Positions 1 through 11,929 of a stretch of 64,000 nucleotides of DNA are shown here, piece after piece. The notes below the pieces were generated by a model. The model did no database searches, was not told the origin of the DNA, and saw nothing but the letters and a program-made list of their open reading frames with translations. Source of the DNA: Mobula hypostoma. Lineage: Eukaryota. A program made the position numbers and the translations under genes. Numbering within the stretch: position 1 is the first letter of the stretch; the number at the start of each line of letters is the position of its first letter. The stretch is taken from NCBI RefSeq assembly GCF_963921235.1, contig NC_086108.1, positions 10,292,001 through 10,356,000 on the forward strand. The letters run 5' to 3'.

Positions 1-2380
1 CCTCCCTCGTAACCCCCAACCTAAACCCCTCCCCCCTCGTAACCCCAACCAGAACCCTTCCCCCTCGTAGCCCCCAAGCTGAATCCCTCACCCCTCGTCA
101 CCCCCAACCTGAACCCATCCCCCCTCGTAACCCATCTGAACCCATCCCCCCTCGTAACCCCCAACCTGAACCCATCCCCCCTCGTAACCCGCCATCTGAA
201 CCCATCCCCCCTCATAACCCCCAACCTGAACCCATCCTCCCTCGTCACCCCCAACCTGAACCCATCCCCCCTCGTAACCCCCAACCTGAACCAACCCCCC
301 TCATAACCCCCAACCTGAACCCATCCCCCCTCGTAACCTGTAACCTGAACCCATCCCCCCTTGTCACCCCCAACCTGAACCCCTCCCCCCTCATAACCCG
401 TCACCTGAACCCATCCCCCCTCGTAACCCGTCACCTGAACCCATCCTCCCTCATAACCCCAACCTGAACCCATCCCCCCTCATAACCCCCCACCTGAACC
501 CATTCCCCCTCGTAACCCATCACCTGAACCCATCCCCTCGTAACCACCAACCTGAACCCATCACCCCTTGTACCCCACCACCTGAATCTATACCCCCTTG
601 TAACCCATCACCTGAACTCATCCTCCCGTGACCCCCACCTGAACCCATTCCCCCTCGTAACCCATCACTTGAACACATCCCCCCTCGTAACCCAGCACCT
701 GAACCCATCCTCCCTCGTAACCCACCACCTGAACCCCTCCCCCCTCATAACCCATCACCTGAACCCATCCCCCCTCGTAACCCCCAACCTTTACCCATCC
801 CCCCGTACCCCACCGCCTGAACCCCTCCCCCTCGTAACCCATCACCTGAACCCATCCCCCCTCGTAACCCATCAGCTGAACCCATCCCCCCCGTAACCCC
901 CGCCTGAACCAATCCCCCCTCGTAACCCGCCACCTGAACCCATCCCCCCTCGTAACCCGTCACCTGAACCCATCCCTCTTCATCAACCCCAACCTGAACC
1001 CATCCCCCCTCGTAACCCATAACCTGAATCCATCCCCCCTCGCCACCCCCAACCTGAACCCCCCTCGTAACCCGTCACCTGAACCCATCCCCCCCTCGTA
1101 ACCCGTCACCTGAACCCATCCTCCCTCATAACCCCAACCTGAACCCATCCCCCCTCATAACCCCCCACCTGAACCCATTCCCCCTCGTAACCCATCACCT
1201 GAACCCATCCCCCCTCGTAACCACCAACCTGAACCCATCACCCCTTGTACCCCACCACCTGAATCTATACCCCCTTGTAACCCATCACCTGAACTCATCC
1301 TCCCGTGACCCCCACCTGAACCCATTCCCCCTCGTAACCCATCACTTGAACACATCCCCCCTCGTAACCCAGCACCTGAACCCATCCTCCCTTGTAACCC
1401 ACCACCTGAACCCCTCCCCCCTCATAACCCATCACCTGAACCCATCCCCCCTCGTAACCCCCAACCTTTACCCATCCCCCCGTACCCCACCGCCTGAACC
1501 CCTCCCCCTCGTAACCCATCACCTGAACCCATCCCCCCTCGTAACCCATCAGCTGAACCCATCCCCCCCGTAACCCCCGCCTGAACCAATCCCCCCTCGT
1601 AACCCGCCACCTGAACCCATCCCCCCTCGTAACCCGTCACCTGAACCCATCCCTCTTCATCAACCCCAACCTGAACCCATCCCCCCTCGTAACCCATAAC
1701 CTGAATCCATCCCCCCTCGCCACCCCCAACCTGAACCCCTCTCGTAACCCGTCACCTGAACCCATCCCCCCTCGTAACCCGTCACCTGAACCCATCCTGC
1801 CTCGTAACCCCCAACCTGAACCCAACCCCCCTCGTAACTCCCCACCTGAACCCATTCCCCCTTGTAACCCATCACCTGAACCCATCCCCTCGTAACCCCC
1901 ACCTGGACCCATCCCCCCTCGTAACCCATCACCTGAACCCATCCCCCCTCGTAACCCGCCATTTGAACCCATCCCCCCTCGTAACCTGTCACCTGAACCC
2001 ATCCCTCTTCGTCACCCACAACCTGAACCCATCCCCCCTCGTAACCCGCCACTTGAATCACCCCCCTCGTAACCCATCACCTGAACCCATTCTCCCTCGT
2101 AATCCGCCACCTGAACCCCTCCCCCCTCGTAACCCATCACCTGAACCCATCCCCCCTTGTAACCCCCACCTGAACCCATCCCCCCTCATAACCCGTCACC
2201 TGAACCCAACCCCCCTCGTAACCCGTCACCTGAACCCATCCCCCCTCGTAACCCACCACCTGAACCCATCCCCCCCCGTAACCCACCACCTGAACCCATC
2301 CCCCCCCGTAACCCACCACCTGAACCCCTTCCTCCTCGTAACCCACCACCTGAACCCATTCCTCCTCGTAACCCCCCCCC
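1..2380. repeat. ~30-bp C-rich minisatellite (about CCCCCTCGTAACCCATCACCTGAACCCATC) with a ~677-bp higher-order duplication
   Basis: Visible tandem units. ORF pairs 618/1295, 669/1346 and 745/1422 have (near-)identical translations, each offset by 677 bp. Confidence 0.97.
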
Positions 2381-3640
2381 CGGTGCCCAACCACGGCTTC
2401 CACAGCCTGTGGCACAGTGGGGATAACAGGGCAAGGGACAGCTGGAGGGAGGTCAGCGGGAGAAGGCCCATCTGTATCACCCTGTGCCGCCGATGGTTTG
2501 GGCAATTCTTCCGAATGTGCCCAAGCTCCTTACAGGCATGGCATCTCGGTTGACCCATAGTCGAAGGGACGGTATAGTAATGCCCCTCAAAATAAACCTG
2601 AAGCCGCCCCTCGGCATGCCCGCCCCACTCTAACTGCATAAGCAGACGGCGCTGGAATGAGAATCGGTGCTCATTACCCCGTGGAGGTGCCCCGTACCGT
2701 ATCGGGGTTATTTTCGAACGCACCTCGCCGATGGAGCACAGACAGGGGAAGAGGGCCTTGTCATGGGGTGGGTGTCAGAGAGTATTACCAACTGCACGGG
2801 GGCCAACACCGGCTCCACCTGCATAAAAACCCTCCCCAACGTTAACCCCTGACTCAGTCAAAAACACACCCCTCGGTGACTTCAAATAGAAAATAGTTTT
2901 CCCATTCAAAACCGCTACCACAACAATACCCTCACGGCCTCCAACAGTCTCTGCCTTGGCTCTTATGTCGGCATTCCTACCGACTGAAGTAGGCACGGTA
3001 CACTGTACAGCGTTCTTTAGAGTCAGTACAGTAATGGTGGTCCTCTTCGTCAGCTGCAATCCCCGAACCCGCAGCTTGTGCGCAGGACTTCGGCGGAGCC
3101 AACTGCGAGCCGCTCCCAGCATTAAGCAGTTCGAATTGAAGAGTTCCAACACTGCCACTGGGATACTGCACAGTCCACACCCAGGGGAACACCAGCAAAC
3201 AGTCAAAAAGAAACAGTTCAGAGACGAGACTGGACGGGACGGCCGGGAGGGGAGGAGGAGTGGATAGGCTTGGAAGTTCTTGCGGTGTTAAAAAGAAACC
3301 TCGGCGCCGTCTGCGCAGCAGCCACAAAACAATGAAAACTTTCCCCCGGCCGGGCCGCTGCTCCCATTCGCTCTGGGTGAGGCACTCCGAACGGGAGGCG
3401 TTTTCCGCTGTTACAGACGGAGTAAGTCTGCCCGCGCTCCCGGCAAGGTCAGACTCCAACTTCGGCAATGCGCTCAGCAGCAAGAGGCACGGACCGAAAA
3501 ACTTCACCGAAACAAATCCTTCCTGGCAAGAAAACGGATTCAGTCCACTGCCAAGGGGATAGTTCGTACTCCAAAAGGCCTCTGGCCGTCTCCAAAACCG
3601 TTCTTTGGCAATTTTGCAGCAACTTTTCAACCTTAGAGGA
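2381..3640 (-). mobile_element. Tx1-clade non-LTR retrotransposon, 5' region and frameshifted ORF1 (zinc knuckle)
   Basis: Segments LTLKNAVQC..VGGREGIV..NGKTIFYLKS, RSKITPI..HRFSFQRR..EGRLQVYFEG and the CCHC knuckle CHACKELGHIRKNC match the Tx1 ORF1 layout. Confidence 0.8.
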
Positions 3641-3689
3641 GGGAACGCCGACAGTGGGAGTCTCTCAATACCGACTCTCCCACGTGGAG

Positions 3690-4045
3690 AATCATGGACT
3701 AAGCACTGCAGCTCAGAAACAGGCCCTTCGGCCCATCTAATCTAACCCAAACTATTATTCGGCCTAGATCAAAGCCCTCCATACCCCTCCATTAAATGTA
3801 CTTATCCAAGTTTCTCTTAAATGTTGAAATTGAGCCCACACCAACCACTTCTGCTGGCAACTTGTTCCAGGCACTGACTGAAGAAGGTTCCCCCATGTTC
3901 TCCTTAAACATTTCACCTTTTACCCTTAACCTATGACCTCTAGTTATATGCTCACCCAACCTCAATGGAAAAAGGCTTCCTGCATTACCCTACCTATACA
4001 CCCCATCATTTTGTATACCCCCGCCAAATCTCCCCTCATTCTCCT
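3690..4045 (-). mobile_element. CR1 LINE 3' fragment
   Basis: Reverse complement of the CR1 3' motif (aaacaggcccttcggcccat) plus degenerate RT C-terminus. Confidence 0.75.
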
Positions 4046-4084
4046 AGTTCAGTGATTCCTTTTGCTCTGTGGATGTCTGCTGCA

Positions 4085-4380
4085 TTTCACTGAAACTCTT
4101 AGGGGATATTTTAATCTCAATATACGACCCTGACATTCACTTTCTTGCGGCATAATAAATCCGTAATGGAATAATAACCATAATAGAATCAATAAAAGAC
4201 CGCATCAAATAGTGTGTTTAATTAGTACACAAAAGACAAAAAGCTGGGCAAATACAAAAAGGAAGAAATAATAATAATAATAAATCAGCAAAAAAGGTAT
4301 TGAGAACATGGGATGACAAGTCCTTGAAAGTGAGTCACTTGGTTGTGGGAACTGTTCAATGACTGGGAAAGTGAAGTTGC
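4085..4380 (-). mobile_element. Rex1/Babar-type LINE 3' UTR fragment
   Basis: Similar to 3' tails at 38160-38460 and 51450-51570 that adjoin Rex-like RT C-termini. Confidence 0.5.
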
Positions 4381-4560
4381 CATAAGACCGTAAGATATAG
4401 GAGCAGAATTAGACTCTTAGGTCCATCGAGTCTGTTCCGCCATTTCATCGTGACTGATCCAATTTTCCTCTCAGCTCCAATCTCCCTTCATGCCCTGACC
4501 AATCAAGAATCTAACAACCTCTGCCTTAAATATACATAAAGACAGCCTTTACAGCTGCCT

Positions 4561-4873
4561 TTATAGGCATCTGTTAGTCTCATGAGACCATGGATTTGCA
4601 CCTTGGAAGGTTTCCAGGGCGCAGGCCTGGGCAAGGTTGTATGGAAGACTGGCAGTTGCCCATGCTGCAATTCTCCCCTCTCCACGACACCGATGTTGTC
4701 CAAGGGAAGGGCATTAGGACCCATACAGCTTGGCACCAGTGTTGTTGCAGAGCACTGTGTGGTTAAGTGCCTTGCTCAAGGACACAACACGCTGCCTCAG
4801 CTGAGGCTCGAACTAGTGACCTTCAGGTCACCAGACTGACGCCTTAAACACTGGGCCACGCACCAATACACAC
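4561..4873 (-). mobile_element. tRNA-derived SINE with CORE-like domain
   Basis: Minus strand has box A-like TGGCCCAGTG, box B-like AGTTCGAGCC and CORE-like GTGTCCTTGAGCAAGGCACTTAACC. Imperfect TSD acagctgcct (4551-4560) / acacctgcct (4874-4883). Confidence 0.8.
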
Positions 4874-5069
4874 ACACCTGCCTACAGCAAAGAATTCCAC
4901 AGATTGACCATCCTCAGGTTAATGAAATTCCTCCTTATCTCTGTTTTAAAAGGACACTACTCTATTTTGAGACTTTGTCCTCTGGACTTTGAATCTCCCA
5001 CCATAAGAAACATCCTCTCAACATCCACTATAACACCATTTGATAGGTTTCAGTGAGGTCAACCCTTAT

Positions 5070-6204
5070 TGTCATGGTCTGGTCCGTGAAGTCCGCATTC
5101 CAGTTCACAGTCCAGTCCATCCATATTCCAGGTTTTCCGGTTTTCCCTTGTCCTGTTGTGTGCCTTAATTGAGGCACATGATTCTGATTTTGGGCTGGCA
5201 ACATAAATAGCTCCTGGGTTCAGCTTCATTTACTGGACTGTTCCCTTCCCTTCACCCTCTGCCTGAAGCCTCGCCTGTATTGCTGTCAAGTTCTACTGCT
5301 GGAGCAAGACCGGAGCCTTGCTGTGCCTAGATAAGGAACTGTCTTTTGTTGTTTGGAACTGTCTCTGTGTCCACGCCTTTACTAGGTAGGTCTGGCTGTT
5401 TGCCGCTACCTTGTGTTGGGAACTGTCTCTGTGTCCATGCCTTTGCCAGGTAGGTCTGGCTGTTTGCCACTACCTTGTGTTGAGAACTGTCTCATCATGT
5501 TCAGCATTCTGTGTATGAGTCTTGGCCCTATGTCCTGTTCCCAAGGAAGTGTCCTGACTCTGTGTAAAGCCCCTGCCCTAGTTCTGTTCCCAAGGAGGGG
5601 TCCCAGCTCTGTGTTCTGCGTTCCTGTTCTCCCTCAACCAAGGCTCTGCGTTCCCGTTCTCCCTTGACCAAGTCAAGGCTTCATGTTCTCGTCCTGTCCA
5701 TGTGTCTCACCTAGCCCGGTGCTGGGGTTCCCTCGTCCTGTCCAAGACCCTTGTCCTGTCCAAGCCACGTCCAAGAACCTCAACCTGTCCAAGTCAAGGC
5801 TTTGCGTTCTTGTCCTGTCCATGTGCCTTGTCCTGTGCAGGAGTTCCATGTCCTGTTCTGTAGCCACGTCCTGTCCTTGCCAAGATCCTAGTTCCGAGTC
5901 CTAGCCTAGACCCGGGTTCCGGTTCCGAGTCAAGACCCAGGTTCTGGGTCCTTGTCCAGGCTCTGGTTCTGGAGTTCCATGTCACTAGTCCAGGCTCCGT
6001 GTTCCTAGTTCCTTATCTGGGTTCTGTGTTTCTTGTCCATGTCTTAGCCCAGGCCTTGCATCCTAGTCTCATCCAGGCCCTGTGTCAATGTCCAGTGTCC
6101 TTTCTTCCCCACTTCCCTTGCTTGCTTAACTCTAGTCCTAGTCCTGTTCCTAGTACTTCAGTGTCTGTGTCTTGCATTTGGGTCCACCTTCATCACTTAT
6201 CACA
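5070..6204 (+). mobile_element. Solo LTR, family A copy 1
   Basis: TGTCA...TCACA ends, 5-bp TSD CTTAT (5065-5069 / 6205-6209), internal ~63-bp repeats. Orientation inferred from a TATA-like ATAAATAG. Confidence 0.88.
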
Positions 6205-6974
6205 CTTATACTTCTGAATTCTAGTGAATCCAGGCTCAGAGACATCAGACACTCTTCATATGACAAGCCATTCAATCCTGGAATCATTTTCATAAACCTC
6301 CTTTGAACACTCTCCTGTTTCAGCACCTCTTCCCTAAGATGAGGGGCCCAAGTCTCCTCACAATACTCCAAGTGAGGACTCATCAGAGTTTTATAAAGTT
6401 TCAATATTACATCCTTGCTTTTATATTCTAGTCCTCTTGAAATTAATGCTAACATTGCATTTGCCTTTGTCACAGTCCAGTCTGTGAAGTCTGCATTCCA
6501 GTTCACGGTCCGGTCCATCAATCCTTATTCCAGGTTTTTTGGTTTTTCCTTTTTCTGTTGGGGTGCCTCAATTGAGGCACCTGATTCTCATTTTGAGCTG
6601 GCTACATAAATAGTTCCTAGGTTCAGCTTCATTTGCTGGACTGTTCCTTTCCCTTCCCCTTCATTCTGAAGCCTTGCCTGCAACCTTTGCCTGCGTTCTC
6701 ACCTCAGTCCTCACCTGCGTCCTCGCCTGTAACACTGTCAAGTTCAACCGCCAGAGCAAGACCGGGGCCTTGCTGTGTCAAGATAAGGAACAGTCTGTCG
6801 TTGTTTGGAATTGTCTCTTTGTGTCCTCGCCTTCGCTAAGTAGGTCTGGCCGTTTGCCTCTACCTTGTGTTGGGAACCGTCTCTTTGTGTCCTCGCCTCT
6901 GCTGGGTAGGTCCGGCTGTTTGCCACTACCCTGAGTGGAGACCTGTCTCTTCATGTTCACTGTTCTGTGTATAG

Positions 6975-7803
6975 TGTGACAAAAGAACCAGTTATCAGAA
7001 GATTGATGCCGATAAGAGGACAATGGGGGAAACATGCAAGGTGCTAATAAGAGAGAGACGAGAGAGATTACCGAGAGGAGACACGGTTCCGAGTGTTGTC
7101 AGAGACCGGTGGCTTTGAACCCTGAACTGTTTGAAGTTTGATGGACAGGCGATACCCCAGCAGGGGGATAAAAAGGGACAGGTTCGCTAAGGCAACAGAC
7201 ACACGACTCCACGAAGTAACGAGACCCTGGAAGCGGTGTACCCCCACAAGTTGGTGGAAGTGTTTGAGATCTGGTTGCGGGACCAGCCATAGACGCACAG
7301 GGTAGAAAGATACGGTCGGCGGGAACCTGGTGTGTGGGTCCGCCCTTGCCTGGGTGCCGGGTTCACTGCAGAAGAATGATCGTATCTGGAATGGAGGGGT
7401 CACAGTTGGTGGCCTCAGAAGACATTACAAAGGGCTCGCTTGAAAGCTAACTGCGAGGAATATCGAAGGCCTGTGTGGAATCCGTTTTGAATATTCATTC
7501 GCTTTTGCTCTCTCTCTTCTCCCCGCCCCAATGGCACAATAGTGATTACTGTGAACTGAACTTTGCATCACTTGAAACTGGTCATTTACCCCCTAGACTG
7601 CGATAGAGCTTGATTGATCCTATTATCCTAGTTCTGTGTACATGTGTGTTTTATCATTGCTAAACTATTGCATTTATATCCTTTTGATTAGAGTACTGTG
7701 TTACTTATTTCTTTAATAAAACTTTCTTAGTTCCAGTAATCCAGACTCCAACTAAGTGGTCCATTTCTGCTGGTTTGGCAACCTAGTTACGGGGTACGTA
7801 ACA
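6975..7803 (+). repeat. 5' LTR of the Gmr1-like element
   Basis: TGTGAC...CGTAACA, contains AATAAA, direct repeat of 11083-11929. Confidence 0.95.
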
Positions 7804-7807
7804 TAAG

Positions 7808-7828
7808 TGGGGTTCTCGTCTGCGATTT
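7808..7828 (+). other. Primer-binding site, degenerate tRNA-Pro type
   Basis: TGGGGTTCTCGTCTGCGATTT versus canonical TGGGGGCTCGTCCGGGAT, 4 nt after the LTR. Confidence 0.75.
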
Positions 7829-7902
7829 TGAATGCTAAATTTGGGACTGGGTAAATTGATTGTGTTAAAATTCCCGAAAGAAAGAAAAGGCAAACAGCAG
7901 AA

Positions 7903-10900
7903 ATGGAGACTGAGGAATTTCTAAAGACGCCGACCTTGGAGGCATTAGAGGATGCCAGGAAAGCGGAATTGGCAACTGTGGCCAAACGGTTGAATCTTGT
8001 TAAGGGGAAGTCGACAATGAGGAGAGAGGAGATACACAGAGCTATCGTAGAGCATTATGTGTCTAAACGTGTGTTTCCCCAAGGGGAGCTGGAGGTGATA
8101 TCTATTGGAAAACCTGATGGAGACGCAGTACAGGTGCAGCTTGAAAAATTGAGACTCGAGCATGAGTTCCGGGTACGGCAGCTAGAACACGAAGAGAAAC
8201 AGTTAGAACGACAACGAGAAGAGAGAGAGAGACAGTTAGAACGGCAAGAGAGAGAGAGAGAGGCAGTTGGAGCGAGAAGAGAGGCAGAGGGAAAGGGAAT
8301 TTGAGCTGGAGAGGTTAAAGATGATGGCAGAGCAGGGGCCCATGCCGAACCAAGGTGGAGGGTTCAGGGCGACCCAGGAGGTTAGGCTGGTTCCCTCATT
8401 TGACGATACCGATGTGGATCGGTACTTTCTCCATTTCGAAAAAGTTGCTGCAAGTCAGGACTGGCTGAGGGATAAGTGGGCTGTTTTGCTTCAGAGTGTA
8501 CTTAAAGGAAAAGCCCAACAAGCTTACACGGCTTTGTCCGCGGAAGATATGAGGTGGTAAAAGAGGCCATCCTCAGGATTTATGAGTTGGTCCCGGAGGC
8601 ATACCGGCAGAGGTTCCGGAATGCGGGAAAGCAGTTGGGCCGCACGTATTTAGAGTTTGCCCGTGAGATGCAGACATATTGTGAGCGTTGGTGCGCCTCG
8701 AAGGGGGTAAATGGGGATTATGATGGACTGCTACAGCTGATCCTGATTGAGCAGTTTAAAGGTTGTGTCCCTGACGGTATGAGACCCTACCTAGATGAGA
8801 AAGAGGCAGACACTTTAGCCGCAACTGCTAAGTTAGCGGATGAGTACGCGTTGACACATAAAACGAAGTTTACCCCGAGTAAAGGCTACCAGAAGGGTAG
8901 TCGGGACGGCGGGGAGAGTCCGCCAGAAGAGTCAGGAAGTAAGCCGGGGACTAGTGAGAAGGATAAGGTAGACCGGGAGCAGTCTGGTAGGAAGTCTCCT
9001 GGGGTTGTCTGTTATAATTGTGGGAAAGTCTGTCATTTTGCGTCCAGGTGCTTTGCCCCAATGAAGGAGACGGGAAAAGGAAAAACGGCGGTTCCGACTG
9101 GCTGTATTGAGTTGGTAAACAAACCGCTGGGGAAAGAGAGGTCTGATAAAGTTCAGGAAGGTCGCGAGAGGTTTATCTCAGCCGGATTGGTGTCGGTGAA
9201 GGAGGAGTTAAACCCAGTTCCAGTACGGATCTGGAGGGACACTGGAGCGTGTCAGTCATTGCTACTAAAGATTGTGTTAGAGTTTAATTCAGAGACCCAG
9301 ACTGGGGAGGTCAGGGTCAAAGGCATTGGGGAAGGGACTGAAGCAGTGCCTTTGCACCAGATACACCTAAAAAGCGACTTGGTCTCTGGACTGGTCACGA
9401 TAGGGGTGAGGCTCGAACTACCGATGAAAAGCGTGGAGATCTTGCTCGGTAATGACCTCGCCGGTGGGGAAGTGTATCCAGCAGTAAATTTGACAGGCCC
9501 GCCTGCCAGCATTGAGGCCCCGCCCATGGACTCACAGGTTCATCCCGTTGGCGCAGTGACTCGGCGTGTGTCCAGAAAGGCTGCAGAGACTGATATAGAG
9601 TTAGCTGAGACGTTTCTACCAGCCTCATACCAGGGGGAGGTAGAAAGTGAAAAGAAGGAGCGTAGTGAAACAGAAGGAAGTGAGGGAGTTGAGGCAGACT
9701 TAGCATTAGCAAGGAAGGACTTTGTACAGATGCAGGAGCAAGACGAGGAGCTGCGGGTTTCGGCGGAGACAGCTTTCTCTGAAGCAGAATTAAAAAGGGA
9801 GCCAGTAGGCTATTGTGTGGAGGAGGGGGTGCTAAGGAAGAAAGGGAGACCAAGTACCGTACCCGCAGATGATGAATGGGGGATGGTGCCAAAAATTTAT
9901 GGGGATGAGATTCTTAACCTGGCCCACAAGATACCCCTCGGTGGACATTTTGGGGGGAGGGAAACAGTCGGCGGAATCATGAAAGAGTTTTACTGGCTGC
10001 ACAGGAGGAGGGATGTTACTGACTATTGTAGACGTGAGTTAACACAGTTAGAGGCTATTAACATGTTAAAAGCTCACCACGATCAGAAAACAGATCTAGC
10101 TGGTGATATCATGAAAATTAATGAGGCTAGGGTGCCACCTGATAAGGGGAAAACCCATTTTGAAAAGATAAGTGTGGTGCTGACCAGATGGGAGAACTCT
10201 ATTGTGTTGACCGACTTTGCTGTTGAGTTCTCTCCCTTAACCCCCGAACAAAGGGGGCCATTGATAAAGCTAATTAACCGGCACGCAGATGTATGTCCTG
10301 ATGTCCCGAGGCGATGCAGAGGAACGGTGCATGATGTTGTGGTCACCTCAGACCAGCCTAGTGAGCAATACCCCTATAGAATGATTAATTCAGTGACAAA
10401 CGGGCTAAAGAACACAGAAGTGTATATTGGCAATATAGTGGTCTGGAATGACACGTGGGAGGAGCACATTATGGTGGTAGAGGAGCTGTTTAGATGGCTG
10501 TCTGAAGCCAGCCTGACAGTGAACCTCGCAAAAAGTGAGTTCGGCCGCGCGAAGGTCACTTATCTGGGGTATGTGGTAGGACAGGGGCAGCTGGCTCCGA
10601 TGCAAGCTAAGGTGCGGGCTATCTCTGAAGTCCCCACCCCGACAGACAAGAGAGCCCGCAGAAGGTTCTTGGAGATGGTGGGGTACTATCGGAAGTTTTG
10701 CAGAAGAAAAAAAAAACAACTTTGCAGATAGTACCCACCCTCTTACTAAGCCCTTGCCAAAGAATGCTAAGTTGGTATGGGACGACCCTTGTTATCTGTG
10801 TCCGGGGCGAAAACCACTGAGAAGTTGCACTGATCACAATTCATTAGTGTTTTCGGCCACTATGAAGATTGTTAAGTTGGAGTCTGGTGCTACTGGAATT

Positions 10901-10960
10901 TGATATAAAAATAGCACATATAAAAGGAACAAAATGTGATTGCTGACTGTCTGTCAGGTG
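7903..10960 (+). pseudogene. Gag(SCAN-like)-protease-deltaIN-deltaRT-RNaseH polyprotein relic
   Basis: ORFs 7903-8304, 8267-8560 and 8554-10731. Motifs: PEAYRQRFR..LILIEQF (capsid/SCAN-like), CYNCGKVCHFASRC, RDTGA, HKIPLGGHFG (IN zinc), YIGN replacing YxDD, FLEMVGYYRKF, RNase H tail WSLVL..HIKG..NVIADCLS near 10870-10960. Confidence 0.9.
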
Positions 10961-11082
10961 ATGACAACTTAAAAGTCTCTGTATTAGCCAAATAGCTGAT
11001 GAACATGTATATTTGTGTGTACCTAAGAATGTATTCCTGCCTATTATTTTTACCCCGGTAAAAATCCTTTGAAGGGTAGGGA

Positions 11083-11929
11083 TATGACAAAAGAACCGGT
11101 TATCAGAAGATTGATGCCGATAAGAGGACAATGGGGGAAACACGCAAGGTGCTAATAAGAGAGAGACGAGAGAGATTACCGAGAGGAGAAACGGTTCCGA
11201 GTATTGTCAGAGACTGGTGGCTTTGAACCCTGAACTGTTTGAAGTTTGATGGACAGGCGATATCCCAGCAGGGGGATAAAAAGGGACAGGTTCGCTAAGG
11301 CAACAGACACACGACTCTACGAAGTAACGAGACCCAGGAAGCGGTGTACCCCCACAAGTTGGTGGAAGTTTTTGAGGTCTGGTCGCGGGACCAGCCATAG
11401 ACGCACAGGGTAGAAAGATACGGTCGGCGGGAACCTGGTGTGTGTGTCCGCCCTTGCCTGGGTGCCGGGTTCACCGCAGAAGAACGATCGTATCTGGGAC
11501 GGAGGGGTCACAGTCGGTGGCCTCAAATGACATTACAAAGGGCTCGCCCGAAAGCTAACTGCGAGGAATATCGAAGGTCTGTGTGGAATCCGTTTTGAAT
11601 ATTCATTCGCTTTCGCTCTCTCTCTTCTCCCCACCTCAACGGCACAACAGTGATTACTGCGAACTGAACTGAACTCAATTGAGCTGAACTTTGCATCACT
11701 TGAAACTGATCTTTTACCCCTAGAGTGCGATAGAGCTTGATTGATCCTGTTATCCTAGTTCTGTGTACATGTGTGTTTATCATTGCTAAACTGTTGCATT
11801 TATATCCTTACTATTAGAGTACTGTGTTACTTATTTCTTTAATAAAACTTTCTTAGTTCCAGTAATCCAGACTCCAACTAAGTGGTCCATTTCTGCTGGT
11901 TTGGCAATGCAGTTAAGGGGTACGTAACA
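11083..11929 (+). repeat. 3' LTR of the Gmr1-like element
   Basis: Direct repeat of the 5' LTR after the purine tract; scattered substitutions and small indels. Confidence 0.95.

Larger units (their letters stand above)
6975..11929 (+). mobile_element. Gmr1-like Ty3/Gypsy LTR retrotransposon, internally deleted
   Basis: Paired LTRs, 4-bp TSD ATAG (6971-6974 / 11930-11933), degenerate tRNA-Pro PBS, polypurine tract 11071-11082, domain order gag-PR-IN-RT-RH. Confidence 0.93.

Noticed and set aside
1..2380. CRISPR-like array
   Set aside because: Units are contiguous with no unique spacers, there are no cas genes, and the context is eukaryotic.
21..2434. Gly-rich and Pro-rich ORFs over the first satellite as host genes
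   Set aside because: Periodic translations broken by frequent C-run indels; no gene structure.
3653..3682. GTGGGAG/CTCCCAC hairpin at the Tx1 5' end as an HDV-like ribozyme
   Set aside because: Only 16 nt lie between the arms, with no recognisable P2/P3/L3 or J4/2 elements.
5070..6974. One TRIM-like element with two LTRs and a 263-bp interior
   Set aside because: Each LTR has its own TSD and the interior is CR1 RT.
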